Positions 12,287 to 25,338 of a stretch of 64,000 nt of DNA are shown piece after piece (positions within the stretch are counted from its first letter, which is position 1; each line of letters begins with the position of its first letter). The notes under the pieces are model-generated. The model was not told where the DNA came from, ran no database searches, and was given only the letters and a program-made list of their open reading frames with translations. The stretch is from Octopus bimaculoides (taxonomy: Eukaryota), in the NCBI RefSeq assembly GCF_001194135.2, contig NC_068983.1, forward strand, positions 28,288,298 to 28,352,297, read 5' to 3'. A program made the position numbers and the translations under genes.

Positions 12287-12495
12287 CCTTTCTACTGATT
12301 ATTATTATTACTGACATTTTGTCGGAGGGGATTAGTTGATTACATTGACCCCAGTGTTTCACTAATGCTTAATTTATCGACCTCAAAAGAATGAAAAGCA
12401 AGGTCGACCTTGGTAGAATTTGAACTCAGAACATAGAGATGAATGAAATGCCACTACGCATTCTGTATGGTGTGCTAACAATTCTGCCAGCTTAT
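12286..12495 (-). mobile_element. SINE family B variant with (ATT)n tail
   Basis: TGCTAACAATTCTGCCAGC head (reverse complement), GTCGACCTTGGTAGAATTTGAACTCAG. Confidence 0.85.
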
Positions 12496-12559
12496 AATAA
12501 TAATGCTCACTGCTGTAGGCACAAAGCATGAAATGGGGGGGGGATATGGAGAAGGGGTC

Positions 12560-12660
12560 GAGGAGGAGGAGGAGGAGGAGAAGAAGAAGAAGAAGAAGAA
12601 GAAGAAGAAGAAGAAGAAGAAGAAGAAGAAGAAGAAGAAGAAGAAGAAGAAGAAGAAGAA
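12560..12660. repeat. (GAG)n(AAG)n compound microsatellite
   Basis: Direct inspection. Confidence 0.95.
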
Positions 12661-13921
12661 TTCAAGCAAGCAGTGAAATAAATTTTATGCCATGAAGTAA
12701 AAGTCTGACAGATAAGAAATTATATATACAGAATGCAACCAAAAATATAATTATGGAAAAAATAACAAGGAATATAGTATTATTTGAATATAGAATTTGA
12801 CTAAAAAATATTTTATGATTGCTGGCTTTAGAAATGAGTAGTTCACATAAATATACTTAGAATGGTTATGAGATATGTGAATCTGATAGTTAAAAAAAAA
12901 AGAAGACATAATTTTAATCTGTAGTGAGATGGTTATCTAAGAATATCAATTTTTCAATCAAGTTAATTTTGAAAAAGATGAAATGGAAACTTAGTCATAC
13001 ATAGAGAAGAAGAATTAAAAAAATGAAAATTACAGAATATTTTATAAAAATAAAACATTGAAGTTCTTGAGATATCATTGGCTCCACGATAGAATTGAAT
13101 AGATTAATTGTTGTGGAAGAAAAGAAAATATTGAATGAACCATGGGTAAATAAAATATTAAAAATTTGATCATTTTACAATAAGCTTTCTTGTTGGAAAC
13201 TAAAACTGTAAAATATTAAGAAAATTTATAAGAGCAGTAGAAAATATGCTATGGATATGATCTTAACCCAGCCTGGAGTTCATCATCAGGTTATTTTTTC
13301 CCCTACTCATTATTTAAGTATCCATCTATGTGCATTTAAGTATCCATCTATGTGCATTTATGGATATATAAACATTTATGGATATATAAACAGATATATG
13401 CATAGAAATAAATGCATGCATTCACATTCATCTCCCATGCTAACTGCATTAATATTAATTCAAGGTTACGTCCATATACAGAGAAGATAAGCATAATTGA
13501 GTGATGTATCACCAAACTAAATAAAGACGAAGAAAGCAACTCAAAATCTCCCACACCAAAATAAAAAAAAGAAAGAAAGAAAGAAAAGTTTTTCAAATGA
13601 ATTAATGCACTACAAATCTAGATTATTAAAATTAAAAATAGGTAATGTAATGAAAGTGAAGATAGTATGAACTTTAGCAGCCATGATGGTAACTCTAGAT
13701 TTGTGTAACAACCATCTCATGATTATTAATATAATCACATGTCACTTCCAAATTTAAACATGGTTTTACACTATATTTAATTTGCACTTCAAATATAGCA
13801 GAGAGCTTTTTGCACATGTGACATCATTCCAGAGCCCTATTGCATAATACAAACAAACTATCTTTCCTGCCAAATATAATTTTACAAATTTTTTACAAGT
13901 AGTTCTAAGTTTGCTGCCAGC

Positions 13922-14150
13922 TTGACCCTTTTACATTCAGACTACTCTGTCAAATGTAGTGCTTATTTATTCACATTGTTTTCAGTTGATCATGCATTAT
14001 TTCATAGATTCAAGACTTTAATGATGTGATTGTTTATTTTTAGAATGACATTGTAGAGTCAATGTGAGAAGACAGAACTGGCCAGTTTGAACATAAAACA
14101 GGTAGACTATTTTGGCTGGCTATATGGCCAGTTTAAATACTAATGGTTAA
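13922..14150. mobile_element. piggyBac-like MITE, uninterrupted copy
   Basis: TTGA-CCCTTT ... ATGG-TTAA ends; body homologous to the other three copies. Confidence 0.7.
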
Positions 14151-14780
14151 GCAACTAATGTCAGTTTCTGATAACCTGCTACAAAAAATGATGTCACTCC
14201 AATCACACAGACGGTGCCCAACTGACTCTACTATACTATGTAGTTGACAAAATCAAAAACAAACAATGTGTATGTATGAAATAAAAAATACAAAATGGCA
14301 ACAATTTACCCATCACACCCTGTATATATTGGTTTCAAATTTTGGCACAAGACCAGCAATTGCCAGAGTGGGATAAATCGATTACATTAACCCTAATGCT
14401 TTTCTAGTACTTATTTTATTGACCCCAAAGGTTAAAAAGCAAAGTTAATCTTACAAAAGTATTGCCTTTCCTGAAATTCATGCCATAGCATGGAATTTCG
14501 TAGTACAAAACAATTCTTCTCATTTATTTCCTTGTTACATTGCAATGAATGAGCATAGAGATAAAAATGGGAAAATACATTTCATGTTACAAAATTCTGT
14601 TATGACAAGATTTTTGGGAAATGTAATATAAGGGAATACCTGTATTTTCCATTGTAATCATAGAGCAAGAAGATATGCACCATAATTTAGTTTTTTGAAC
14701 CAATTTCATCAGCATCATTTCATTTGCTGCACCTAAATTTATTCGTTCATTCATTTAACATTTGTGTATCTATCTATTTG

Positions 14781-15163
14781 TGGAGGCGCAATGGCCCAGT
14801 GGTTAGGGCAGCGGACTCGCAGTCATAGGATCGTGGTTTCGATTCCCAGACCGGGCGTTGTGAGTATTTATTGAGCGAAAACACCTAAAGCTCTATGAGG
14901 CTCCGGCAGGGGATGGTGGTGAACCCTGCTGTACTCTTTCACCACAACTTTCTCTCACTTTTACTTCTTGTTTCTGTTGTGCCTGTATTTCAAAGAGTCA
15001 GCCTTGTCACACTGTGTCACGATGAATATCCTTGAGAACTACATTAAGGGTACACGTGTCTGTGGAGTGCTCAGCCACTTTCACGTTAATTTCACGAGTA
15101 GGCTGTTCCATTGATCAGATCAGTAGGAACCCTCGATGTCATAAGCGATGGAGTGCCAACACA
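14781..15163 (+). mobile_element. SINE family D (tRNA-derived), full length
   Basis: A box TGGCCCAGTGG, B box GTTTCGATTCC; ATCTATCTAT duplication at both flanks; highly similar to 31350-31728. Confidence 0.9.
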
Positions 15164-16559
15164 ATCTATCTATGTTAGCATGGATTGAACAGGGACTATT
15201 TGATACAGCATTTAACATGCATGATTCTCTTCCTGTCACCAATCTTTACTTGTTTGTCAAATAAGGGATGCTTTTGTGTTTTTTTTTTTATTCCCCAGCT
15301 CTTTGAAAGTACAGTATGATTGTTTGTAATGTCAACAAAGAACGTTAACATTATAACACTGTTTTGCTCAGACAATTAGAAGTGAAACTGTGAAATGCCA
15401 ATATTCACACACACACACATCAAAACACAACAGGATTCCACATAGATTCTGTTGATAAATGCTCACAATGCATCATTCAGCCCAAAGCTTATAAAACAAG
15501 ACACATGCCAAAGATGCCATAGAGAAAGATTGAACCCAAAACCATATGGTTGTGAGGGTAAACTTTTTAAGTATATGTCCATTCTTATACTTGTATATTT
15601 AATAAAAGTAGTTTCTCCCAAATCTTAACTTACATACTACTTAACCCATTTTAACCACCAATATATGGTGTTTCTTTAGTCAACACATCTTATCAAAATC
15701 CTTTACACATCAAAACTACAGCAAAATAATTGTCTCTTTAGCATACATTCAATAATATTTTCTATGTTTCTCAAACCACTTGTATTCCATTCAGCTGCAT
15801 TCAGTCTATCTCCAACATTTATTTTTACCAATATCTAATTTATCATAGAAACTATTATGATATCTTTATAAAGCATTATATTAATATAATAAAGTAAGAG
15901 ATTTTCATAACTTTCTCCAAGATGACAGCTTATTCATGTACTTTACTTTGGTTTGGCTCAAAGTTGAAATATATTAAGTATTTAAGGGTTACGGTAGGGG
16001 TTATGGAGTGTTATGCTCTGTTTCTCATTTGATATCATTTCACTACACTTTTGTGACAATTGCCGTTGAGAAAGGCATGAATATTACAACATCTAATTTG
16101 GTTGAGCAGAGTTCATTTTGTCACCTAATGGTTGCAGGGTCTCTTTAACCACATAGTACTTTAGGTATGATTTTGAATGGTATGCTGACTGAGTGATCAT
16201 CTGGATTTTCTAAATTCTTATTCCTTAAATTACATAAATTATTAAAGCTGCAAAATTATCTCAGGACTGTTACTCAGGTGTTTCACATTCTAGTTTATTA
16301 GACAGTTGTGATGAATACTGAACTAATATCGTGATTGTACATGTAATATAATATAATATGCATGAATAAGAATTTAAATTTGATTGGGCGGCAGGTTTTC
16401 AAAAACATAACAGCATAATTTTCGTTACAAGTTGGGTGGTAGGGAGATGTGAAAATTAACAGTAAAGTATGAATATAAAAGTAAAAATAAGTATGGGTAC
16501 TAGGTGTATATATATATTCATATATAAGAAATTAGAAGGACAAAGGAACAAACAATTAT

Positions 16560-16654
16560 GTTATGAACTTCATTGGCTTACAGCTGTTTTTGCAATCCCC
16601 AGTCAAACCGTTGAACCCATACCAGCATGGAAAGCGAACATTAAACGAAAAACG

Positions 16655-16686
<32 letters not shown>

Positions 16687-16728
16687 GATGATGATGACGA
16701 CGACGACGACGACGATGATGATGATGAG
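16560..16728 (+). mobile_element. Old RTE-type 3' tail with (GAT)n
   Basis: AACCCATACCAGCATGGAAAGCGAACATTAAACG-(GAT)n matches the family C tail. Confidence 0.7.
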
Positions 16729-17266
16729 ATTTTTTTCATATTTACTGAGTTTGGAGGAAGAGACAATGCCTATGAACTTTGTAGGTTGGTGAGCTTGATG
16801 CTATCACTGTGCTGAGCCTGATCTGAGTGATGCAAAATGGTGAGCTTTCTGTAAGACCAGTGAATATGATTAGCATGCATGTATATTTTCATTTGATGTG
16901 TGCATGTGTGTGCACAGGCAAGGAAATAACGGGTGTATGGATGTGTGAATATATGTTTGTTTATTTATGCATGTGAATATTTATCCAGATAATGCATGTA
17001 TATGCATGCTACATGTGTACATTCATTTGATATTCATATATATATATGTGTGTGTGTGTGTGTATGTATATATATATATATCTATTTATATATATATGTA
17101 TGTATATATGAATGTATATATGTATATGTATGGATGTTTTTATATATGTATATGTGTGTATGTGTGTGTGTATGTATGTGTGTGTGTGTATGCATGTATG
17201 TGTGTGTGTGTGTAGTATGTCTATATGTTCACTCATTTGATGTTTGAAAAGCATATTTGCATACAG

Positions 17267-17463
17267 TGCGGGTGACACGTAAAAGCACCCACTAGACTCT
17301 CTGAGTGGTTGGCGTTAGGAAGGGCATCCAGCTGTAGAAACTCTGCCAAATCAGATTGGAGCCTGGTGTTGCCATCCGGTTTCACCAGTCCTCAGTCAAA
17401 TCGTCCAACCCATGCTAGCATGGAAAGCGGACGTTAAACGATGATGATGATGATGATGATGAT
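17267..17463 (+). mobile_element. Family C: short RTE-related non-autonomous element, young
   Basis: GGTTGGCGTTAGGAAGGGCATCCAGCTGTA (RTE 5'-like motif) plus CCAACCCATGCTAGCATGGAAAGCGGACGTTAAACG(GAT)n tail; near-identical to 58157-58339. Confidence 0.85.
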
Positions 17464-17986
17464 GTGTATATAAATGCGTGTATTCATCTAATGTTTATTT
17501 CTATGAGAATATGTGCGTGTGTGTGTATATGTGTGTACATCAATTTGATGAATTTCTGTGTGCATATGCATGTGTATCTATGTCTGCATATGTGCATGCC
17601 TATAATGTGTGTATGTGTGCATCTCATTTGATGATTGTGTGTGCATGTGTGAATATGTATAAATATAACGTGTATGCATTATGTGCAACTGTATATGTAT
17701 GCATTTAATGAATGTATCCATGGATATATGCATTTGATGTTTGTATGTATGTGTGCATTATATACACATACATATAAAGCATACAGGCACATACAATATA
17801 AGCATATACATACAAACACATTTACCCATACCACATAAAATTAATGCATGTACACATGTCATGCACATTCTGACACACATTTGTTGAACTTGGAAAACAG
17901 GCAAAGTCATTAAAGCCCTGCTGTATTTTTTTCCCTCACTGAGTTCAAATCTTGTCAGGATCAACTTTGCTTTGTAGTCTTTTGAG

Positions 17987-18172
17987 CATTATTTGCATTA
18001 TTTACAATTGACGGATATTTGTCCTCATCTTGTTTGTTGTTGAAACGACGTTTCGGCTGATATACTCTCCAGCCATCTTCAGGTGTCTTGGAGAAATTTC
18101 GAACCTGGGTTCTCATTACTTATGTATTCTTCGATGTTGTTGTTGTTATTATCATCATTATCATTATTATTA

Positions 18173-18244
<72 letters not shown>

Positions 18245-18310
18245 TCAAGAGTAGTGGTTAAGAGCATGGGTTACTAACCCTAAGATTCCAAGTTCGATTC
18301 CAGGCAGTGA

Positions 18311-18370
<60 letters not shown>
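17987..18370. mobile_element. Family E: tRNA-headed element with Penelope-like hammerhead tail, internally inverted copy
   Basis: 17987-18248 is the reverse complement of TGACCTGA-(AAT)n-hammerhead-tail; 18252-18370 is the forward head plus (AAT)n; homologous to 60426-60757. Confidence 0.85.
18042..18087 (-). ncRNA. Minimal type-I hammerhead (ACGU family), core intact
   Basis: GACAC CTGAAGA T GGCTG GAGAGTATAT CAGCC GAAA CG TC/GTTTC; 5-bp stem II, extra nt after A9, loopless palindromic stem III, stem I 4 of 5 pairs. Confidence 0.75.
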
Positions 18371-18371
<1 letters not shown>

Positions 18372-18420
18372 CGATCAGTAACTTCAAGGAGTAATGGAAA
18401 CATGGTTTCATAGGATAACC

Positions 18421-18640
18421 ATCATCGTCATCGTCATCGTCGTCACTGTCATCACCATCACTCTCATTTGACGTTCATTTTCCTTGCTGGCAGGAGTTGG
18501 ATGGTTTCACAGTTGGCCAGCCAGAGAGCTGTCCAGACTTCAAATATTTGTTTTGGCATGGTTTCTATGGCTGGATGCCCTCCCAAACACCATATAAAAA
18601 ACAACAGCCACCACCACAACTACTACCACCATGTATGTGT
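18421..18640 (-). mobile_element. Old RTE-tailed repeat (family C relative)
   Basis: (CAT)n plus GGCATGGTTTCTATGGCTGGATGCCCT. Confidence 0.7.
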
Positions 18641-18893
18641 ACATTCATTTGAAAGTGCATAGTTGTGTATATAGATGCATATATGTTTGTGCATGAGTGC
18701 ATACATGTGTACTCTCATGTGTATGTATATTCAATATCCCTTGCAAGGTATTGGCTAACCCAAGGCTAAGGAAGACAACACAACCACTAAGTGCCATGCA
18801 GTGAATTTGAACTCCAAACCACATAACTGTGAAATGAAATTTTTAACCACACCACGACTCCTGCACATCCATGTATCAGTGTATGTGTATGAT

Positions 18894-18942
<49 letters not shown>

Positions 18943-19850
18943 ATGTTTACAAACAGATAATATGTGTGTACATATGTAAACTCAGCTGATGTAGTTTAGC
19001 GTGTGTATGGATTTGCATTTAATATGTGTATGTGTCTGTATATTCATCTGATGTCTGTGTGTGTGTGTGTGTGTGTGTATGTATAAGCATTCAGATGATT
19101 ACTACATGTGCAAGCATGTGTATAGTCATTCAATCTTTATGCCTGTTTGTGTGTATGCATACACAGAGAATGTGTGTATGTGTGTACATATTGATTTCAT
19201 TTTTGTGCATGTATTTGTACATATGTGTGTTTGTGCAGGTATGCACATATATATATATATTCATGTGATGTATGTGTACATATGCAGATAATGTGTGTAT
19301 GAATGTGTATGCTTTTTTTGATGTTTGTGCATGTATATGTATGCACACGTGTGTGTATATACATGCACACATATATGAACTTCATGTATGTGTGCATACG
19401 CATAAAATTAGTGCATATATGTGTGCCTACGCATTTTCATATGGCTGTTTGCGAAAGTTAGTAAGGTCAAACAGTGACAGAAAAAAAAAAAAGCATCTGA
19501 AAACAATAACCTGTGAAGGCAGAGTAATTAAATATTAAATGTTGAAAAAATGAAGAGATTAAATGAAAAGACAAAGTTAATGTTGTTTGGAGTGAAAGTC
19601 AGAGAAAGTGTTGGAGAATTCAGAATAGAGAAAAAGAGTTAGTCCAAATAACTGAGGTAAAGATTGTTCTAAAAGTGGTTCTCATGCTAACAAAGCCACT
19701 CTATAGCTTATCCATTTTAGTTCCAACTCTAAGCTGCACATGCAGAAAATAGCAGGGAAAAAGAGCGAGGGTGTATGACAATGGTTTATACAATCTCAGT
19801 CTTAATTGCTCAATCATATCCAGTCTTTCTCACATATTCACACAGATACG

Positions 19851-20150
19851 CATATCATCCTCATCACCATCACCATCATTTAACATCCGTTTTCTATGCT
19901 GGCATGGTTTGGATGGCTTGACAGGAGCTGGCAAGGCCAGGGGTCACACCAGGTTCCATAGTCTATTTTGGCTTGGTTTCTACAGCTGGATTCCCTTTGT
20001 AATGCCAATGACTTTACAGAATGTACTGGGTGCTGTTTACGTGACACGATCACCAGTCCTTTTATTGTGGCCCCAGCCCCAGAGTTTTTATATGGTACCA
20101 GCACCAGTAATTTTTGTGGCCCCCAGCACCAGTATTTTCTATGTGGCACC
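19851..20150 (-). mobile_element. Old RTE-tailed repeat (family C relative)
   Basis: CATCATTTAACATCCGTTTTCTATGCTGGCATGG...GGATTCCCTT. Confidence 0.75.
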
Positions 20151-20341
20151 TTGGTTTTAGGATATCAATTCTATTGGGTGGGTCTTCTTACACACATTTT
20201 CCCACACATACTCATAGTTTACCCAAGTCGACTCTTATCTTTTACTTGTTTCAGTCATTAGCTGTGGCCATCCTGGGGCACTACCTTTGAAGAATTTTAG
20301 TCGAACAAAAATTTTTCATTTCTTCATGTATGCATGTGTTG

Positions 20342-20576
20342 TTTCTTTATTGCCCACAAGGGGCTAAACATAGAGGGGACAAACAAGGATAGACAAATGG
20401 ATTAAGTCAATTACATCGACCCCAGTGCATAACTGGTACTTAATTTATCGACCCTGAAAGGATGAAAGGCAAAGTCGACCTTGGCGAAATTTGAACTCAG
20501 AATGTAACAGCAGATGAAATACTGCTAATACCGCTAAGCATTTCGCCCGGTGTGCTAACGTTTCTGCCAGCCCGCC
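20342..20576 (-). mobile_element. SINE family B, young, full length
   Basis: Consensus match; inserted in CA/TG-rich simple sequence. Confidence 0.9.
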
Positions 20577-21728
20577 GCATGCGCGCATGTGTGTGTGTGC
20601 GTGCATGCATGCATGTGTATGTGTGTGAGAGAAAGACTGGATGTAAGTGAAAAATTAAAATTAAAATTACATTAACTTTTGTCATATACTCATGTTTTTC
20701 CCTCCATTTTTTTTTGTGCGCATCATTTTTTGTTTATGCCTACTTGTTCATGCTTTCAGAGGTCAGATGGAATTCTTGTACAGCCTGGTTGACTATGCAG
20801 TCAATAAAATATAGTACAAATCGAGTTTTGGGTCAATGTAATCAACTGTCTCTCTTCCCCACGAAAACTTCAGGTCTAGCAGTTATGACAGAAGAAATTA
20901 TAATTAAGGGCAGTTGATTGACATATCTATCAGAACTGTGGTCAAAATGTCTTGCAGTATTTGTTAATATACTGGAAGGACATCCAAGTGTAGAAAATAT
21001 ACTTCAATAAATTCCATATAATTTATGGAATCATGGAAAAGTGGACTGTTTTTGATGATAATAAGGACAATGATGATGTTGATGATACTAGCAGGAAGTG
21101 TGTGGTAGTGGGGTGACTGTGGTGTAAGACAGTTCTGTATTGCAATTTCATCTTCTCAAGAAGGGCTGCAGGCCACATTTAGCTCAAGCTTAATTGGGAT
21201 TCAATATACGTTTTCAGCATACTTTCTATGTTCAAATCTTACCAATTTCTATTTTATGTTTCATCCATTTGAGGCCCTGGTTCAATGTAATCAGCTAAAC
21301 CCTTCACCATAAATTTTTGGCTTTTGCCTAAATTAGAAACAATTGTTATAGAAGTACTCTTTACTCACCTACTTTAATAAGAGAGTACACACAGCATACA
21401 CAAAACACATAAATTTATACAATTTGCTTCATTGCATTCTATTGTTCTGCACAGCAGAAATCTATGATGTTAGTAAAAATAAATGATGGCTTCAATTTAG
21501 CATGATTGACTTGGCTTCTTTAACATCTTACAAATCACATCCCTTTGATGGGATGTTACCATATAAAGACACATTTGGTTGCATTTTGGCTTATATTTTC
21601 TTTATAAGTCAATAACAAGTTGGGCATTCAAAAAAATATTATTCACTATTTTGTAGTTTAGGTGTTGAAATTTATTCAAAATTTGGTTTTTATGTAATTT
21701 TACTAATTTAGTTCAAATTTACAGCATG

Positions 21729-21759
<31 letters not shown>

Positions 21760-22240
21760 ATTAAGATATACAGCTCGTTAGCATCTTGGTTTGCAAAGAA
21801 ATGCATTCATTTCTTTCAATCATTTTTACATTCGTTTTTCCATGCTAACACAAATTAGATGAATATGTATTATAGAGAAATTATTGAACAACTAGATACC
21901 CTTCCTGTGAATAATCCTTACTTGTTTTGCAAGTAAGGAATTTTTTTTTTTTCTTTTTTTTTTGATTCCATGTTTACCAAAACACAGAGCTTCTCTTTAA
22001 CAGGAAATGTCAAAATTTCACAGCATGAAGCTCACCATTTATGAATGTTTACATTTTGTGAAACTTTCCCATAGACACATATATGCCTAAAGAGACACAT
22101 AAGCATATACACATATGCACATATGTCTGTATGTCATTATTCAGTTTTATTTCAAGATGTCTTGCTGATAGAGGAGTTCGGTTTCAAACCTAGATCCACG
22201 GCTCCTTCATTAGAGTTTCAATATCAACAGAATATATATA

Positions 22241-22648
22241 CTCTTTACTCTTTTACTCTTTTCCTTGTTTCAGTCATTTGACTGTAGCCATGCTGGAGCA
22301 CCGCCTTTAGTCGAGCAAATCGACCCCAGGACTTATTCTTTGGAAGGCTGGTACTTATTCTATTGGTCTCTTTTGCTGAACCGCTAAGTTACGGGGACGT
22401 AAACACACCGGCATCGGTTGTCAAGCGATGTTGGGGGGACAAACACAGACACACACACATATATATATATATACATATATATACGACGGGCTTCTTTCAG
22501 TTTCCGTCTACCAAATCCACTCACAAGGCTTTGGTCGGGCCGAGGCTATAGTAGAAGACACTTGCCCAAGGTGCCACGCAGTGGGACTAATCCCAGAACC
22601 ATGTGGTTGGTGAGCAAGCTACTTACCACACAGCCACTCCTATGCCTG
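22241..22648 (-). mobile_element. SINE family A, young, full length
   Basis: Consensus match. Confidence 0.95.
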
Positions 22649-22670
22649 TATGTATGTATGTATGTATGTA

Positions 22671-23916
22671 CAGGAGTTGGACAAAATAATGGAAACACCT
22701 AACATCATAATTTTGAAATATCTATAAAACCATCAAAAGCTTATTTATTTCTGTTTTTTGATTTATTATTAGTGTTGCTTAATATATTTTGCTAAAATTG
22801 CTGTTTCTTTTTAGATATCATCAGAAAAAGGTAATTAAAATTCATTAAAATGACAGATCTCTTGGACTTTCAAAGGAGTCAAATTGTTGGTGCTCCTATG
22901 GCAGGTGCTAGCATAATGAAAACAGCCGTAATGTTTGGTGTATCAAGAAGTACTGTCTTGAAAGTAAAGACAGCCTTTGAGAAAGAGGGGAAAAAAACCT
23001 CCTCGTTGAAAAAAAACTTTCAGATAGGGACCATCAGACTCTTACGCAAATTGTTAGAAAGGATCACAAAAGTACAGCTCCCAAAATTACTGTAGAGCTT
23101 AATGACCACCTCGAGAACCCAGTTTCCACAAAAACTGTTTGCTGGTAGCTGTACAAAGTCAGATTTCATGGGAGAGCTGCAATTAGAAAACTACTACTTT
23201 CAAAAACAAACGTTGCAAAGTGTTGAGAGTGAAACCTACAGAATTGGTCCTTTGAGCAGTGGAAGAATGTTATTTTCTTGGACAGGTCATCCTTTACCTT
23301 ATTTCTGACCACCGGCCGAGTATACGTGTGGAGACAGCCAAAAGAAGCATTTGACCCAGACTGCCTTCTTCCAATTGTTAAACGTGGAGGAGGATCTGTG
23401 ATGATCTGGTGGGTGGGGCTATATCTTGGAAATCTGCCAGCCCAATGGTTTCCCTTCATGGCAGAATTAATAGTCAAGACAATTTAAGCATTTTATCTGA
23501 TCAAATTCATTCTATGGTTGCAGAACTGTTTCCAGAGGGAAATGTAATCTTTCAGGATAATAATGCACCAATTCACACAGCTAAAGTTGTTACTGAATGG
23601 CATGAGAAACATTCTAGTGAAGTTAAACATGTTATCTGGCCACCACAGTCCCCAGATCTCAATATTATTGAACATTTATGGTGCATTTTAGAAAAACAAG
23701 TAAGGAGTCAGTATCCTCCACCATCATCATTATAAGAACTGGAGACTGTTTTAGCTGAAGAATGGACAAAAATTCCTTTGGAAACAATTCAAACTTTGTA
23801 CAAGTCCATACCTCATAGAATTCAAGCTGTAATTACTGCCAAATGCTGTCCTACACCATATCAAAATTAATTTGTTTGAAATTTTAAGGTGTTTCCATTA
23901 TTTTGTGCAACTCCTG
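22671..23916 (+). mobile_element. Tc1/mariner DNA transposon, DD36E spacing (Incomer-like), full length, decayed
   Basis: 30-bp TIRs CAGGAGTTG(G/C)ACAAAATAATGGAAACACCT with 1 mismatch, TA TSD within (TATG)n, 1246 bp. Confidence 0.95.
22850..23870 (+). pseudogene. Tc1 transposase pseudogene
   Basis: MTDLLDFQRSQIVGA..., IFLDRSSF, GGGSVMIW, FQDNNAP (catalytic D changed to N), WPPQSPDLNIIEHLW; at least 2 frameshifts and several stops. Confidence 0.95.
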
Positions 23917-24504
23917 TATGTATACAACAGGCTTTGGACATTTTACTTTTACCAAATTCACTCAAAAGGCATTAGTTGATCCAGAGTTACAGTAGAAGAC
24001 ACTTGCCTAAGGTGTCACATAGCAGGATTGAACCTGAAACTATTCAGTTAAGAAATAAACTTTTCAACCATGCAGTTATGCTAACACATTATACATATTT
24101 TGTTCAAATTAAAGGAAATCTTAACTCATGCTTTGACTGTTATCAAGAATCTTTGATAACCTATTTACGTTCAAACTTTTTTATGAGAAAGTTTGTGATT
24201 TATAGGCTCACATAAAACCAGTAAAAGGACCCAGAATGGAATTCCCAAAGACAACCAATCTAAAAACTTTGTTACATTTATAACACATTAGTTATAAATG
24301 AAAATAATACAAAAGCATGTTGTTGTTTTTTTAAGTTATGGTAGCAGACATTTTGACTGATACTTGCTAGATCAATGTTTTGTTCTTTCATACTTCTGAT
24401 AGACACTGTATTTGGAACTAAATATGAAACCAAGTAGAATTGGAGAAAATACCCAAGTGGTTATGATGTAACATTAACACTGAATTATATAGAACTATAT
24501 ATAG

Positions 24505-24507
<3 letters not shown>

Positions 24508-24550
<43 letters not shown>
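24508..24550. repeat. (TA)n microsatellite
   Basis: Direct inspection. Confidence 0.95.
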
Positions 24551-24553
<3 letters not shown>

Positions 24554-25039
24554 CTGTTATGTCTCTGTGCTTAGATACATAAAGAATAACAACAAATACT
24601 AAAAAGATTGTACTGTAAGAGATTTGCTCATAAACACTGGTGTGTCTATTTTAACTGTTTTGATACCAAATCACAAGAGACCATCTTTGAATCTTTCACA
24701 CAAAACTTTTTATTAATGTTTATATCATTCTACTAAAAATTATTCATTGCGGTACCCCAACATGGCCACAGTCCAGTGACTGAAACAAAGATAAAAGATC
24801 TAAAATAAAACCTTCCCTTATGATTTTATATAAGAGACTTTGGTTAAGTTAGTTAGTTAGTGAGTTAGTTTACTAAATTCTATCTAATTCTCAATTATTT
24901 TCAAAATTAGTCGAAAAGTCAATATGCTTCATTAAGAATGTGATCATGGAACAGTTAAATTAATGTTGACAGTTTGTGCTGAACCTTTGTATACCAACAA
25001 TAAGATTAGTTACATTGAAACAAGATGTAAAAAAATGGA

Positions 25040-25338
25040 TTGACAATGAGTTACAACACAACACTCATGACTTTTGGAAACATTTTTTTCATGCTCAGAA
25101 TTGCTGAACCATGGAATAAACTACCTGCATCAGTTGTTGTCGAGACAATACATCCTTCAATACTTCCATGCTTCCTGAAATTCACCAACAGAACACCTAA
25201 TGCACCCACCCTCACCCTGTTTCTTCCTTTTTTTTAAAGACTTTTTCATTGTTCTCTTCTTGTGCATCTTCTACATACTGTCCATGCAGTTTTGGTTACT
25301 TTTTCTGATGAGTTATAGCGTGTGCACCTGAGCACTGT
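25040..25338 (+). mobile_element. CR1/L2/Jockey-group LINE 3' end
   Basis: FFMLRIAEPWNKLPASVV resembles the conserved C-terminal 'FFxxRxxxxWNxLPxxVV', followed by a 3' UTR. Confidence 0.7.

Noticed and set aside
12760-13200. Possible ancient RTE reverse transcriptase remnant (also 47060-47330)
   Set aside because: Only faint motif resemblance with many stops; cannot be supported by eye
14781-14860. tRNA-like sequences at SINE heads (also 31650-31728, 60430-60500 and family A/B heads)
   Set aside because: A/B boxes are present, but there is no complete cloverleaf with a paired acceptor stem, and each continues into a SINE body; not tRNA genes
17360-17400. CUGAGGA-CUGGU-GAAA on the minus strand of family C (also in 58157-58339)
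   Set aside because: No stem II, no UH cleavage site and no stem I pairing; a chance hammerhead-like string
25300-25335. CTGATGAG in the CR1-like 3' UTR
   Set aside because: No downstream GAAA or stem III
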